From a virus, in the IMG/VR virus record IMGVR_UViG_3300040801_002079, positions 95,837 to 159,836 of that record: a stretch of 64,000 bases of DNA. One strand, given 5' to 3'. Below, in pieces: positions 1 through 7,882 of this stretch (its first letter is position 1; each line of letters starts with the position of its first letter). Under the pieces are notes generated by a model. It ran no database searches and was not told the origin of the DNA. It saw nothing but the letters and a program-made list of their open reading frames with translations. Position numbers and translations under genes: made by a program.

Positions 1-75
1 ACCAGATACTCAGGTTCAACGTCACTGAAATGATCAGTCGGGTCAACCTCAAACCGATGCTGGGGATGAATAGAC
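1..75 (-). CDS. hypothetical protein, 5' part only (runs off the left edge)
   Basis: Minus-strand ATG near 75 with GGAG about 10 nt upstream; open frame to the window edge. Confidence 0.3.
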
Positions 76-137
76 ATAGTTGACATACTGTGTACTCCGT
101 GTTTGTTTAACGATGAAACAATGTTACCACAGTGAAA

Positions 138-524
138 TCAGGATTGCAACCCTGCGGCACGTTTATACAGATTGTACCCTGCTTTGTGATCGTTTGCATC
201 ACCATCACTTGACCATGTAAAATCATCATTAACCGCTTCCAATGCAAACAGGGTAGCGACCACGATTTCATCATAGGGTCTACGGGCAGTCTTACAGAAT
301 TCTCCTCTGGCACCATCCCGGTAAACCACGAAGGTTTCATAACCATCGTCATCGACACCGTTGAAGCGAATCCTGTCTCCATCAATCATCGGAGGTTTGG
401 GAACATCATATTCAAACTGTACCGGGACGCTTGAAGCATTGATGATCTTACCAGCAAGCTCAGTAGCTTTCTTCCACTGCTCGGGGGTAAACCCACGGTG
501 ACTCCAATAATGCGTGTAACCCAT
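138..524 (-). CDS. hypothetical protein
   Basis: ORF track 138..590. Likely start is MGYTHYW at 524, just downstream of the stop of the preceding gene (526..756). Confidence 0.5.
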   Translation of the reverse strand: MGYTHYWSHRGFTPEQWKKATELAGKIINASSVPVQFEYDVPKPPMIDGDRIRFNGVDDDGYETFVVYRDGARGEFCKTARRPYDEIVVATLFALEAVNDDFTWSSDGDANDHKAGYNLYKRAAGLQS

Positions 525-525
525 G

Positions 526-756
526 TTAGTGCTCCTGTGTGTAATGAGAGAGGTCAGTATACTCCACTTCACGGGAAAATACAACCGCAATCAGTTCATC
601 CAGATAACGAATATGCTTAATGAACCATGCAACATCCGATTCATTACCGGCTTGCTTATGTTCAATAAGTCGTTCGACACAATGCATTTGATCCCTTCGT
701 AAAACTCTCCAGAGATTCTCGGTATCAGTAGCATCCAGTTCGAATTCAAATTTCAT
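526..756 (-). CDS. hypothetical protein
   Basis: ORF track, 76 aa, same-strand gene array. Confidence 0.5.
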   Translation of the reverse strand: MKFEFELDATDTENLWRVLRRDQMHCVERLIEHKQAGNESDVAWFIKHIRYLDELIAVVFSREVEYTDLSHYTQEH

Positions 757-985
757 CCAAACTATCCGTATATGAATTAACGATAATAGCGATAATTTCT
801 AAATGCATGTCAACCATCCATGGCTCAGGGGCATCTTTTATTTCTTCACCTACCGGCTCAACGAAGATATTACATCCATCAGTGAATTCAATAAAGAGAT
901 TAAGGTCTGATTCCATTTCAACTGTCTTAATCGTTTTACCTATCAAGTGCTGAAGGTCTGATTCGTGTGTTACTATTTTATGCAT
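746..985 (-). CDS. hypothetical protein
   Basis: ORF track, 79 aa. Confidence 0.5.
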   Translation of the reverse strand: MHKIVTHESDLQHLIGKTIKTVEMESDLNLFIEFTDGCNIFVEPVGEEIKDAPEPWMVDMHLEIIAIIVNSYTDSLDEI

Positions 986-999
986 GGTTATATACCCAT

Positions 1000-1239
1000 T
1001 TAGTTACAAGTTACTATCGAACCGTCCGTATTATACTTCACAGACGCACCAGAGGTGAACTGGAGGTACTGAACACCGTCTACACAGATTTCACTGTACC
1101 CTGTAAACTTGGCACCAACCCGTTCCATCTGACCACAACCGGACATTGCTACAGCAACAATGATAATAGACGGTAGGAACATGAGCACCGGGAGGATACG
1201 ACTAATGTATTTGTTTTCTTCTTGCATGACATTCTCCAT
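1000..1239 (-). CDS. small membrane protein
   Basis: ORF track, 79 aa with a hydrophobic N-terminal helix. Confidence 0.5.
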   Translation of the reverse strand: MENVMQEENKYISRILPVLMFLPSIIIVAVAMSGCGQMERVGAKFTGYSEICVDGVQYLQFTSGASVKYNTDGSIVTCN

Positions 1240-1285
1240 TCAAATGTTGCGACATTATAACATGGAAAAAAGTTAGGGTAAAGGC

Positions 1286-1314
1286 TTGACAATGCTGGCA
1301 GCATTTGGTATTAT
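1286..1314 (+). promoter_or_regulatory. sigma70-type promoter (TTGACA-N17-TATTAT) with no downstream ORF
   Basis: Consensus hexamers with 17-nt spacer read directly. Confidence 0.5.
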
Positions 1315-1410
1315 ACTAACCATCAAAGGAAGTTGAAGCAGACGCACCCAACAACCAACATATATGTCTGCGAAGTAACCTACGAAGCACTGCGGTTGTC
1401 GAAGTCTATC

Positions 1411-1466
1411 TTTTTTATATAAAAGGAAACATCCGCTACTATAAGTATATCATAATAGCGGATGCA
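1411..1466 (-). terminator. rho-independent terminator for gene 1482..1691
   Basis: Imperfect hairpin CATCCGCTA...TAGCGGATG followed by a T-rich tract on the minus strand. Confidence 0.4.
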
Positions 1467-1481
1467 TTGCAAGTGATGTGT

Positions 1482-1691
1482 TTAACTGCCCCGATTGACA
1501 GTATGTGAAATATCCAATAGCTGATCAATGAAGTTCTTTACGACATCTTTATCCAATCCGGATTTTTTAATGTCCATCGCAAGCTGTTTGCATTTCCCAG
1601 CAACAACTGATCCCAAATCCTCACCTTCGGTTATAACCTCATCATTAGATTCAACCAACAGATCATTCCATTTGTCTTCCCAGTTTTTCAT
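1482..1691 (-). CDS. hypothetical protein
   Basis: ORF track, 69 aa; GGAG RBS upstream on minus strand. The overlapping plus ORF is rejected. Confidence 0.5.
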   Translation of the reverse strand: MKNWEDKWNDLLVESNDEVITEGEDLGSVVAGKCKQLAMDIKKSGLDKDVVKNFIDQLLDISHTVNRGS

Positions 1692-1727
1692 AACATTCTC
1701 CAGTGTTTACATTATTTATCAAATTGC

Positions 1728-1756
1728 TTGACTTGATAACATCGTTTTGGTATAAT
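1728..1756 (+). promoter_or_regulatory. sigma70-type promoter (TTGACT-N17-TATAAT)
   Basis: Perfect -10 hexamer, 17-nt spacer. Confidence 0.55.
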
Positions 1757-1852
1757 GTACTTAATGGAGATACATGAGAGACGGTAGGGGGGAGGGTGGA
1801 CGATTATATTATAAATTCCTAATTTAGTACTAATTGATATTCCTCAAGGGGG

Positions 1853-1881
1853 TTGACACTTGATCCCCAATTTGATACAGT
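1853..1881 (+). promoter_or_regulatory. sigma70-type promoter (TTGACA-N17-TACAGT)
   Basis: Consensus -35 with acceptable -10; in tandem with the 1728 promoter. Confidence 0.4.
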
Positions 1882-2099
1882 ATACCCATCATCATCATTC
1901 TAGCTGACGCTGGAAGGGTGGTGTTCGCCCTCATGAAAGTTTGTTGTATAAATACAACAGACTACAGGAGAGTGTTGCTTATGTACAACATTGTGGTAAA
2001 AAAACAACAGAACCAAACTTCTGTTGTATCCCCGCAACATAGGTGTACTACTACACTACAACACCACCGGGGTACGACACCCCACCAGACCCCGAAACG

Positions 2100-2185
2100 G
2101 AAAAGCCAATGGCAATTCCCAATGGGGTTTTAAAATCCCAATGACAATTTCCAATAGACATTCACAATAGAAAAAATAGACATTT
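2100..2185. repeat. iteron-like direct repeats (CCAATGRCAATTYCCAATRG x2, CCAAT x4)
   Basis: About 20-bp units at ~2106-2125 and ~2137-2157 match 17/20, inside a 560-bp non-coding region. Confidence 0.45.
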
Positions 2186-2303
2186 TTGCATATAGTCAAA
2201 ACGGTCAAATTTGATATATACTTATAACATGCGCGGTTTTTGAAAACGGAATTAAAAGTGGGACTTCCCTGTCCCTTTGGGCCTCGAACTTCCCTTTCAA
2301 GAA

Positions 2304-2540
2304 TTACTCAACTGAACTTGGGTCGGAGGAATATAAAAGGTAACATTCCTCACGAATTAACCTTTCTCCTCCGGTAGCATAAAGAACCATTCCATCTGGT
2401 CCCATATTAACACCCGATATAACATGAAAACGAACCTGACCATTTTCTCCAATGGTTGCAACTGTATCATTCATCTGAGGAGTCAGTTCACTCTCTTCAG
2501 TGCACGGTCCATATAATTCTATTTCTAGTCTTCTGTTCAT
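2304..2540 (-). CDS. hypothetical protein
   Basis: ORF track 2304..2564; preferred start MNRRLEIE at 2540 with GGGAG RBS. Confidence 0.5.
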   Translation of the reverse strand: MNRRLEIELYGPCTEESELTPQMNDTVATIGENGQVRFHVISGVNMGPDGMVLYATGGERLIREECYLLYSSDPSSVE

Positions 2541-2650
2541 AAACGTATTTAGCTCCCTTTTCAAAAGTTGTATTTTTACCTGTTAACGGTTTTTTACAAT
2601 GCTCATACTGTTTTAATTATACTATTATTTAGAATGCCAAAAACAATTAG

Positions 2651-2714
2651 GGTTTTCAAAACCAAAACCGAAATATCGTTTAGGGGTTTTGAAATGAAAA
2701 CCGAAATATCGTTT
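2651..2714 (+). promoter_or_regulatory. operator-like tandem ~31-bp direct repeats (GGTTTTnAAAnnnAAAACCGAAATATCGTTT x2)
   Basis: 18-bp identical core at 2664-2681 and 2697-2714; lies just upstream of the 2747 promoter. Confidence 0.45.
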
Positions 2715-2746
2715 GGAATATTGTCTAATATTCTGCTTCAGTATAC

Positions 2747-2775
2747 TTGCAACAGTTTGAGCATTGTGTTATAAT
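2747..2775 (+). promoter_or_regulatory. sigma70-type promoter (TTGCAA-N17-TATAAT) for gene 2806
   Basis: Hexamers read directly; ATG about 30 nt downstream. Confidence 0.55.
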
Positions 2776-2805
2776 ACACTCTGTTAAACAACATAGGAAA
2801 GTACA

Positions 2806-3087
2806 ATGCCACAAGACTTAATGACATGGGTTGCTGGATTCTCTGTTGCAGGGTTCATCTACCTTCTCTACCGTAACTGGATAATGTCCCACGCTATTCA
2901 AACCTTGTGGGAAACGTTCAAATCGGAAACTGAACGCATGGAGTCTGATCATCATCTTGAAAAAGCACTTAACGATACTCTGATTGGTAGTTTTATTGAA
3001 ACGATTGAGAGGTTCGATGAGCGTTTGAACATTATTGAAAAGGGTATGGACATTGTAGAAGAACAATCAGGAGAAACTAATGAATGA
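2806..3087 (+). CDS. membrane-anchored hypothetical protein
   Basis: ORF track, 93 aa, N-terminal TM helix. Confidence 0.55.
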   Translation: MPQDLMTWVAGFSVAGFIYLLYRNWIMSHAIQTLWETFKSETERMESDHHLEKALNDTLIGSFIETIERFDERLNIIEKGMDIVEEQSGETNE

Positions 3088-3217
3088 CCTTAAGGCATTA
3101 GGGACTATTATATCTTTGGGTGGAGCTTTCTTACTCCATGATATGCCATGGAATCATTTTGTAGGTATAATACTAATGGTTATAGGATTCTTTTTCTGGA
3201 TGAGGGAATTAGATTAG
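3080..3217 (+). CDS. small membrane protein (45 aa)
   Basis: ATGA overlap with the preceding stop; hydrophobic; not in track because under 60 aa. Confidence 0.3.
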   Translation: MNDLKALGTIISLGGAFLLHDMPWNHFVGIILMVIGFFFWMRELD

Positions 3218-3543
3218 ATTAGAAAAAACTAATATATTAATCCCGTAGGGGTAAAGTAAACTAAGTCTTTGATTTAGTTGAAGATTAAGTTTTTGCCTAT
3301 TTGTAGGAAAAACAATTTGGGCATTGATCGCGCCCTATGGTAAAACCGATTTATATGCATTCTCCCCACAAAAATACCACAATGTCCCAACTTTCCCCAC
3401 AAATTGCCCCGTTATTGACCTTTTCTATTCTGTTGAAAGCCTTGATCTATAGCCATTTTCTTCTATTTATATCAGAATGATATCACAATGATATCACAAT
3501 GCCATCAAAGTGGGTTTTTCGGGGTAATTTTCTGTTCACATAA

Positions 3544-3572
3544 TTGATCTATCCCCCTTCCTGTGTTATAAT
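3544..3572 (+). promoter_or_regulatory. sigma70-type promoter with extended -10 (TTGATC-N17-TGtTATAAT)
   Basis: Read directly; gene 3603 begins about 30 nt downstream. Confidence 0.5.
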
Positions 3573-3602
3573 GTTACCACTTTAACACTTAGAGTACTAA
3601 AA

Positions 3603-3836
3603 ATGTATAGCGACGAAGAACTGATTGAGCGAATACTAAACCATGAGTTTCCACCGTATCCATTTGATGACAAGTACGTTAACGTATCTGAAAAGAAATT
3701 AAAAGAGTTCATTGAACCCTATCTACTGCTGAGGATATATTACGATAACTTACTTGATGAATTGAAGCAACTGGAAAGTGAAAATTCTATTCCCGTATCA
3801 ACCATTAAGAGGCTTATAAATTGCTATGAATACTAG
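3603..3836 (+). CDS. hypothetical protein
   Basis: ORF track, 77 aa, ends with TAG. Confidence 0.55.
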   Translation: MYSDEELIERILNHEFPPYPFDDKYVNVSEKKLKEFIEPYLLLRIYYDNLLDELKQLESENSIPVSTIKRLINCYEY

Positions 3837-4230
3837 AAAGCGTGAACGTGAACCGTTTAGAAATCTGGACCCCCAAGCATTCTTTGAGGACTGTGGAAGG
3901 CCATTGGATCGTCAACGAGAACTTAAAGTAATAAACAAAAGAGTGCGGTGGTTACAGAATGAAATGGAAAACCATGGCTATGAACCTACAAAGCGAGATA
4001 TTGAATGCATGGCTGAGAACTTTGTAGAGGTTCTTGATATGATTGCCCACATGGAGATGGGCCTGATTGATATCTACAGACTTACCTTCCCTGCTTATAG
4101 TCCACACCATTATGGATGTGAAGTTGGTCCTAATGGAAGATACCGTGACAATGAAATAATTGATGCCATGGTGGGTATTGGTAGAATTCTGGAATTGATT
4201 GCACCCTACGAACGGAGAAACTTATGGTAG
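3826..4230 (+). CDS. hypothetical protein
   Basis: ORF track, 134 aa, ends with TAG, overlaps the next start. Confidence 0.55.
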   Translation: MNTRKREREPFRNLDPQAFFEDCGRPLDRQRELKVINKRVRWLQNEMENHGYEPTKRDIECMAENFVEVLDMIAHMEMGLIDIYRLTFPAYSPHHYGCEVGPNGRYRDNEIIDAMVGIGRILELIAPYERRNLW

Positions 4231-5261
4231 AAGAAGCCTACGTCTATCTGTGGAGAGATTCTGTAAACAAGAAATTCTATCTTGGGTATCATAAAGGATC
4301 ACCTGATGATAACTATGCCCATTCATCATCGGTTATGGAATCCTTTAAAATGAATTCTGTCCCTAATGGGTATAAACGTAGAATACTTGCGTTTGGATCA
4401 AGGGAAGAGATGTTAGCACTTGAGGAAACTCTGCTTAAGAATAGAAAGGAACGAGGTCGGTGGCATAAGTATCATAATATGAAGACATGCTCATTTCCTT
4501 ATCTCTGGGATGATCCTGAGTATCGTGAGAAGATGAAAGCGTTATGGGATGATCCTGAGTTTTATAAGATGAGGTCTGAAGAAACATCCGCTAGACTTAA
4601 AGAAATGTGGAAGGACCCTGAGTATCAGAAAATGCAGTCGGAACTGATGTCAGCTAGAAATAAAGAGTGGTGGGATGACCCTGAGTATCGTGAGAAGATG
4701 GCAAAAATGATGTCGATTCGAAGCAAGGAGTGGTGGAATGACCCTGAGTATCGTGAGAAGATATGTGCCGCATTGAAAGCGGCATGGGATGATCCTGAGT
4801 ATCGTGAGAAAATGGCTGAGATTATGTCAGTTCGTGTTAAAGAACTATGGAAAGACCCTGAATATCGTGAGAAGATGGCTGAGATTATGTCAGTTCGAAG
4901 CAAGGAGTGGTGGAATGACCCTGAGTACAGACAGATGAAATCTGAAAGTATGTCGATCCTACACAAAGAACTATGGAAAGACCCTGAATATCAGAAGAAA
5001 ATGTCTAAGAAGCGAAAGGCTATGTGGAAAAACCCCGAGTATCTAAAAAAACAAGCTGAAAATATGGCAGTTCGAAGTAAAGAACTATGGAAAGACCCTG
5101 AATATCGTGAGAATATTTCTAAAAAAATGAAAAAAAAATGGGAAGACCCTGAGTATCGTAAAAAGATGCGGGCTATTTGTACGGTGTGCGGGCACGAATC
5201 TCAAAAATCAGTAATAACACGATACCATAACGATAACTGTAAGTTTAAGAACAAACAATAA
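4224..5261 (+). CDS. GIY-YIG family endonuclease with 13 tandem ~19-aa WxDPEYRxKM repeats and a C-terminal Cys-rich tail
   Basis: N-terminal YVYLWRDSVNKKFYLGYH (GIY-YIG); repeats visible in the translation. Confidence 0.6.
   Translation: MVEEAYVYLWRDSVNKKFYLGYHKGSPDDNYAHSSSVMESFKMNSVPNGYKRRILAFGSREEMLALEETLLKNRKERGRWHKYHNMKTCSFPYLWDDPEYREKMKALWDDPEFYKMRSEETSARLKEMWKDPEYQKMQSELMSARNKEWWDDPEYREKMAKMMSIRSKEWWNDPEYREKICAALKAAWDDPEYREKMAEIMSVRVKELWKDPEYREKMAEIMSVRSKEWWNDPEYRQMKSESMSILHKELWKDPEYQKKMSKKRKAMWKNPEYLKKQAENMAVRSKELWKDPEYRENISKKMKKKWEDPEYRKKMRAICTVCGHESQKSVITRYHNDNCKFKNKQ
4495..5170 (+). repeat. intragenic tandem repeat array (~57-bp unit, about 13 copies)
   Basis: Recurring ...gaYCCtgaRtatcgtgagaaRatg...; also produces the spurious antisense ORF 4625..4966. 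Confidence 0.7.
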
Positions 5262-5269
5262 ATACATGT

Positions 5270-5461
5270 ATGAACGATTGTGTAACATATGATGATTTGT
5301 TTCGAATATTGCAGTGGGTTGTGGTAATTATCACAATCATGTTTATAGCATATACCGGTCAATTAAAAAAACTTACTTCCAACTCATGGGTAAAACCCAT
5401 TATCATTGGTGTCATCATCATTGTTCTTTCCGAGGTCATCATACGAGCAGTGGGGGCATGA
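5270..5461 (+). CDS. small membrane protein
   Basis: ORF track, 63 aa, two hydrophobic helices. Confidence 0.4.
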   Translation: MNDCVTYDDLFRILQWVVVIITIMFIAYTGQLKKLTSNSWVKPIIIGVIIIVLSEVIIRAVGA

Positions 5462-5462
5462 T

Positions 5463-5891
5463 ATGAAACTCAAACATCTTTTTGAATCACACGAAGCTCT
5501 TGAATTTGTCACACCCCATGAAGAACGGGATGACATGTATGAGTTAATGGATCAGGCCGAGAAGCTTGTGCATGAGCGGGGGCTTCGTATGCTTCGTAAC
5601 GATGAAATCAGTGAGGTAGTGGTTCACGGTGATAAAGTAGTGGGGGTTCTGTACAATGGACACTATGACAATGAATTAACTTCTTCTATAGCTGTTGATC
5701 CATCTTATGAAGGCCGAGGGCTGGCTAAAGAATTATTTTCCCGTATTCCTTTTGATCAATATGAGCCACTTGTGAATACTCATGTCTGTGAAGTTCTTCC
5801 ACCTTATACCATGGAAAAATTTCTGGTCCGTAATGGATATGAACACACTGAAACGGATCGGGATATCAAAATCTATAAAAAGGAAATTTAA
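5463..5891 (+). CDS. GNAT-family N-acetyltransferase (putative)
   Basis: Motif IAVDPSYEGRGLAKELF (GNAT motif A); start ATG 5463 in the frame of track ORF 5406..5891. Confidence 0.5.
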   Translation: MKLKHLFESHEALEFVTPHEERDDMYELMDQAEKLVHERGLRMLRNDEISEVVVHGDKVVGVLYNGHYDNELTSSIAVDPSYEGRGLAKELFSRIPFDQYEPLVNTHVCEVLPPYTMEKFLVRNGYEHTETDRDIKIYKKEI

Positions 5892-5893
5892 AC

Positions 5894-6259
5894 TTGAAAC
5901 TCAAAGAACTGATAACCGAAGGATTCAAACAAAAAAACGGAATGTTTCTTGGCTACCGTGTGGTCAATCTTACGGATGATGGACGCATACAATCCCAAGC
6001 GGATAAAAGAGTTCACCTTCCATTGAAATTAAATGCAGTGCATCATGTTCCAAACGGGGGTTACTGGGTGACCAACGATCCTCAATATGCACTCGACTAT
6101 TACAGCAACGGTAGCTGGGAAGAGGATGAACCTCGACAGGCATTACTCACTTATGGATTTACCAAGGACAATGTTCAATCCGGTGACATGGATGATATTG
6201 AACCTGAGTTGAGTATCAATGGTGCGGTTCTGTTGAATGCAAAGGAACTACCGCTGTAA
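5894..6259 (+). CDS. hypothetical protein
   Basis: ORF track, 121 aa (TTG start; true start may be an internal Met). Confidence 0.45.
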   Translation: MKLKELITEGFKQKNGMFLGYRVVNLTDDGRIQSQADKRVHLPLKLNAVHHVPNGGYWVTNDPQYALDYYSNGSWEEDEPRQALLTYGFTKDNVQSGDMDDIEPELSINGAVLLNAKELPL

Positions 6260-6472
6260 CCTGCCTTCACGCCCCTTCTCCATATCACACATAGGACATT
6301 CGGTGTTTACATCATCAGTTTGGAACACAGACTTGCCTACACCATTACCAGCAGAGAAAATGTTTAATCTTCCTGCCTTGATACCACCATCACATTTTTC
6401 ATCGTCAATAATCTTTACGATAACGGGAACTCCGGGTTCTAGCATTCTTAATCTAAACATCTTCTTCCTCAT
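6248..6472 (-). CDS. hypothetical Cys-rich protein
   Basis: Track minus ORF preferred over the low-complexity plus ORF 6237..6476; contains CDGG...CPMCD. Confidence 0.35.
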   Translation of the reverse strand: MRKKMFRLRMLEPGVPVIVKIIDDEKCDGGIKAGRLNIFSAGNGVGKSVFQTDDVNTECPMCDMEKGREGRLQR

Positions 6473-6478
6473 TTAATT

Positions 6479-6841
6479 TTACCAGTACGTATCCAGTTCT
6501 TTCTCAGTGAGAGTAATCTTCTTGGCGTTATCAAAGATACACAGAAATTTATTACCATCAACCTGAGTGTCACAACAGATCATTGTATAACCATTCGCTT
6601 CATAAACGTATTTGTTAAGAAACCGTTGACGGTAAATGGAGTTGCTGTAGTATTCGCCACCTGATGCATCACGAAGATGCTCCTCTTTTTCAGCAAATAA
6701 AACGTCATCATCCCCCTCTTGATAAACCCAATAATAATCACGGTTATCTTCTAGAGGAATAACCACCCAATTTTCCACGTAGCCAAAGGCATCATGGATT
6801 TTCTGTTTAATGCTGAAATAGTCATCAATCAGTTGTTTCAT
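6479..6841 (-). CDS. hypothetical protein
   Basis: ORF track, 120 aa. Confidence 0.55.
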   Translation of the reverse strand: MKQLIDDYFSIKQKIHDAFGYVENWVVIPLEDNRDYYWVYQEGDDDVLFAEKEEHLRDASGGEYYSNSIYRQRFLNKYVYEANGYTMICCDTQVDGNKFLCIFDNAKKITLTEKELDTYW

Positions 6842-6842
6842 T

Positions 6843-7023
6843 TTAACTCATTAGCTCCATGCAAAAGTAAGTAAAAGCCTTTTCTGCTTCCTCTTCAGTA
6901 TCGAATGCAAATATTTTTTTGATATCGTCACCGAATACAGTTATCTCATTATTGATAATACTAGCACGGTTAATGGCATCCTTTTTAATCACCCAATTCT
7001 TTAATCTTACAAAATCAGTCATT
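6843..7023 (-). CDS. hypothetical small protein (~59 aa)
   Basis: Minus ORF MTDFVRLKNW... fills the gap between 6841 and 7026; AGGA RBS. Confidence 0.3.
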
Positions 7024-7025
7024 GT

Positions 7026-7217
7026 TTATTTCCTCATCTTAAATACTTCAAATACGCCTTTCCATGCATCAAACCGCTTAATAATGTTTCCCAGCATTTC
7101 AAGTTCATAAGATGATGCATCATCTATAAATTCTCTAATTTCCTTACGATTCCATTCATCTATTGCTGCTTGCTGTTCACGTTCTACTGCGTCATAACAA
7201 TCGTCATAATGTCCCAT
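7026..7217 (-). CDS. hypothetical protein
   Basis: ORF track, 63 aa, tightly coupled to 7221..7538. Confidence 0.45.
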   Translation of the reverse strand: MGHYDDCYDAVEREQQAAIDEWNRKEIREFIDDASSYELEMLGNIIKRFDAWKGVFEVFKMRK

Positions 7218-7220
7218 GGT

Positions 7221-7538
7221 TTATTGCTCCATTTTCTCAAGGTGTTTTTCATACTCTTCTCTGTGTTCTGGATGTACTTCCAGATAACGCTCCATCAGTT
7301 CTCTTTGACGAATCCTGTCTTCCTCAACGTCCTTTCCTTTGATTCTTCCCCCACAAGAAGGACAGTACCTATAAGGGGATGATGGAAGGTTTTTCATGTA
7401 GCCACATTCTGCAAGCCAATGTTGATTGGGTATTAATTTGTATTCGCAAGTCCTATTGGCTTTGGTTTCAAGACGCTCAATTTCATTTGCGGCCCAATCG
7501 GGATCACGCTTGCATCTCATGAACAAGTAGTTAGTCAT
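7221..7538 (-). CDS. hypothetical Zn-ribbon protein (paralog of 12350..12580)
   Basis: CPSCGG...C motif; shares the CK(R)xPxWAAN motif with 12350..12580. Confidence 0.5.
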   Translation of the reverse strand: MTNYLFMRCKRDPDWAANEIERLETKANRTCEYKLIPNQHWLAECGYMKNLPSSPYRYCPSCGGRIKGKDVEEDRIRQRELMERYLEVHPEHREEYEKHLEKMEQ

Positions 7539-7645
7539 TAATGTCTCCTTGTGAAAGTATTATAACCCAATTGCGTTCTACATGCAACCTCATTCTATTC
7601 ATTACCGCTTGGTAATAAATATTATTATTCAATGGGAGAAGTATA

Positions 7646-7882
7646 ATGAAAGAACTTATTTTTGGAACAGTAACGGTGCATACTCGTGATCCCGGCTTTC
7701 AATATGTGTTGGAAACGGAAGATGGCGAATACAAAGAACTTTTGTTTTTTGATCATGGTGGTATGAGTGTGGTTGACATGCCATACAATAGACCCATCGG
7801 TGTCTATGTCAGAAAATATGATGAAGAAAAATATGAAGTCGCAGAAGAACTAGAACAATGGTGGGTGGAAGATCATGGATAA
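7646..7882 (+). CDS. hypothetical protein
   Basis: ORF track, 78 aa. Confidence 0.5.
   Translation: MKELIFGTVTVHTRDPGFQYVLETEDGEYKELLFFDHGGMSVVDMPYNRPIGVYVRKYDEEKYEVAEELEQWWVEDHG

Noticed and set aside
1528-1731. Plus-strand ORF overlapping minus gene 1482..1691
   Set aside because: S/F/T-rich low-complexity product. The minus ORF has a GGAG RBS, a charged globular-looking product and a terminator.
1918-2133. 71-aa plus ORF (51 aa from ATG 1981 with an AGGAG RBS) in the 1740-2300 non-coding region
   Set aside because: Extremely low-complexity Q/T/H/P-rich product overlapping hairpins and iteron-like repeats. Kept only as a remote possibility and noted under the ncRNA finding.
3464-3471. 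Minus-strand TATAAATA in the 3217-3600 non-coding region
   Set aside because: No minus-strand gene within 900 bp downstream. About 11 chance occurrences of this 8-mer are expected in the window.
4625-4966. 113-aa minus-strand ORF inside the GIY-YIG repeat gene
   Set aside because: Its sequence (RYSGSFHHSLLRTDIISAIFS repeated) is the antisense reading of the ~57-bp tandem array. It is a repeat artefact with no start context.
6237-6476. 79-aa plus-strand ORF overlapping 6248..6472 (-)
   Set aside because: Low-complexity S/T/I-rich C-terminus. The minus-strand alternative has Cys-pair motifs and fits the local convergent gene layout. Both are low confidence.
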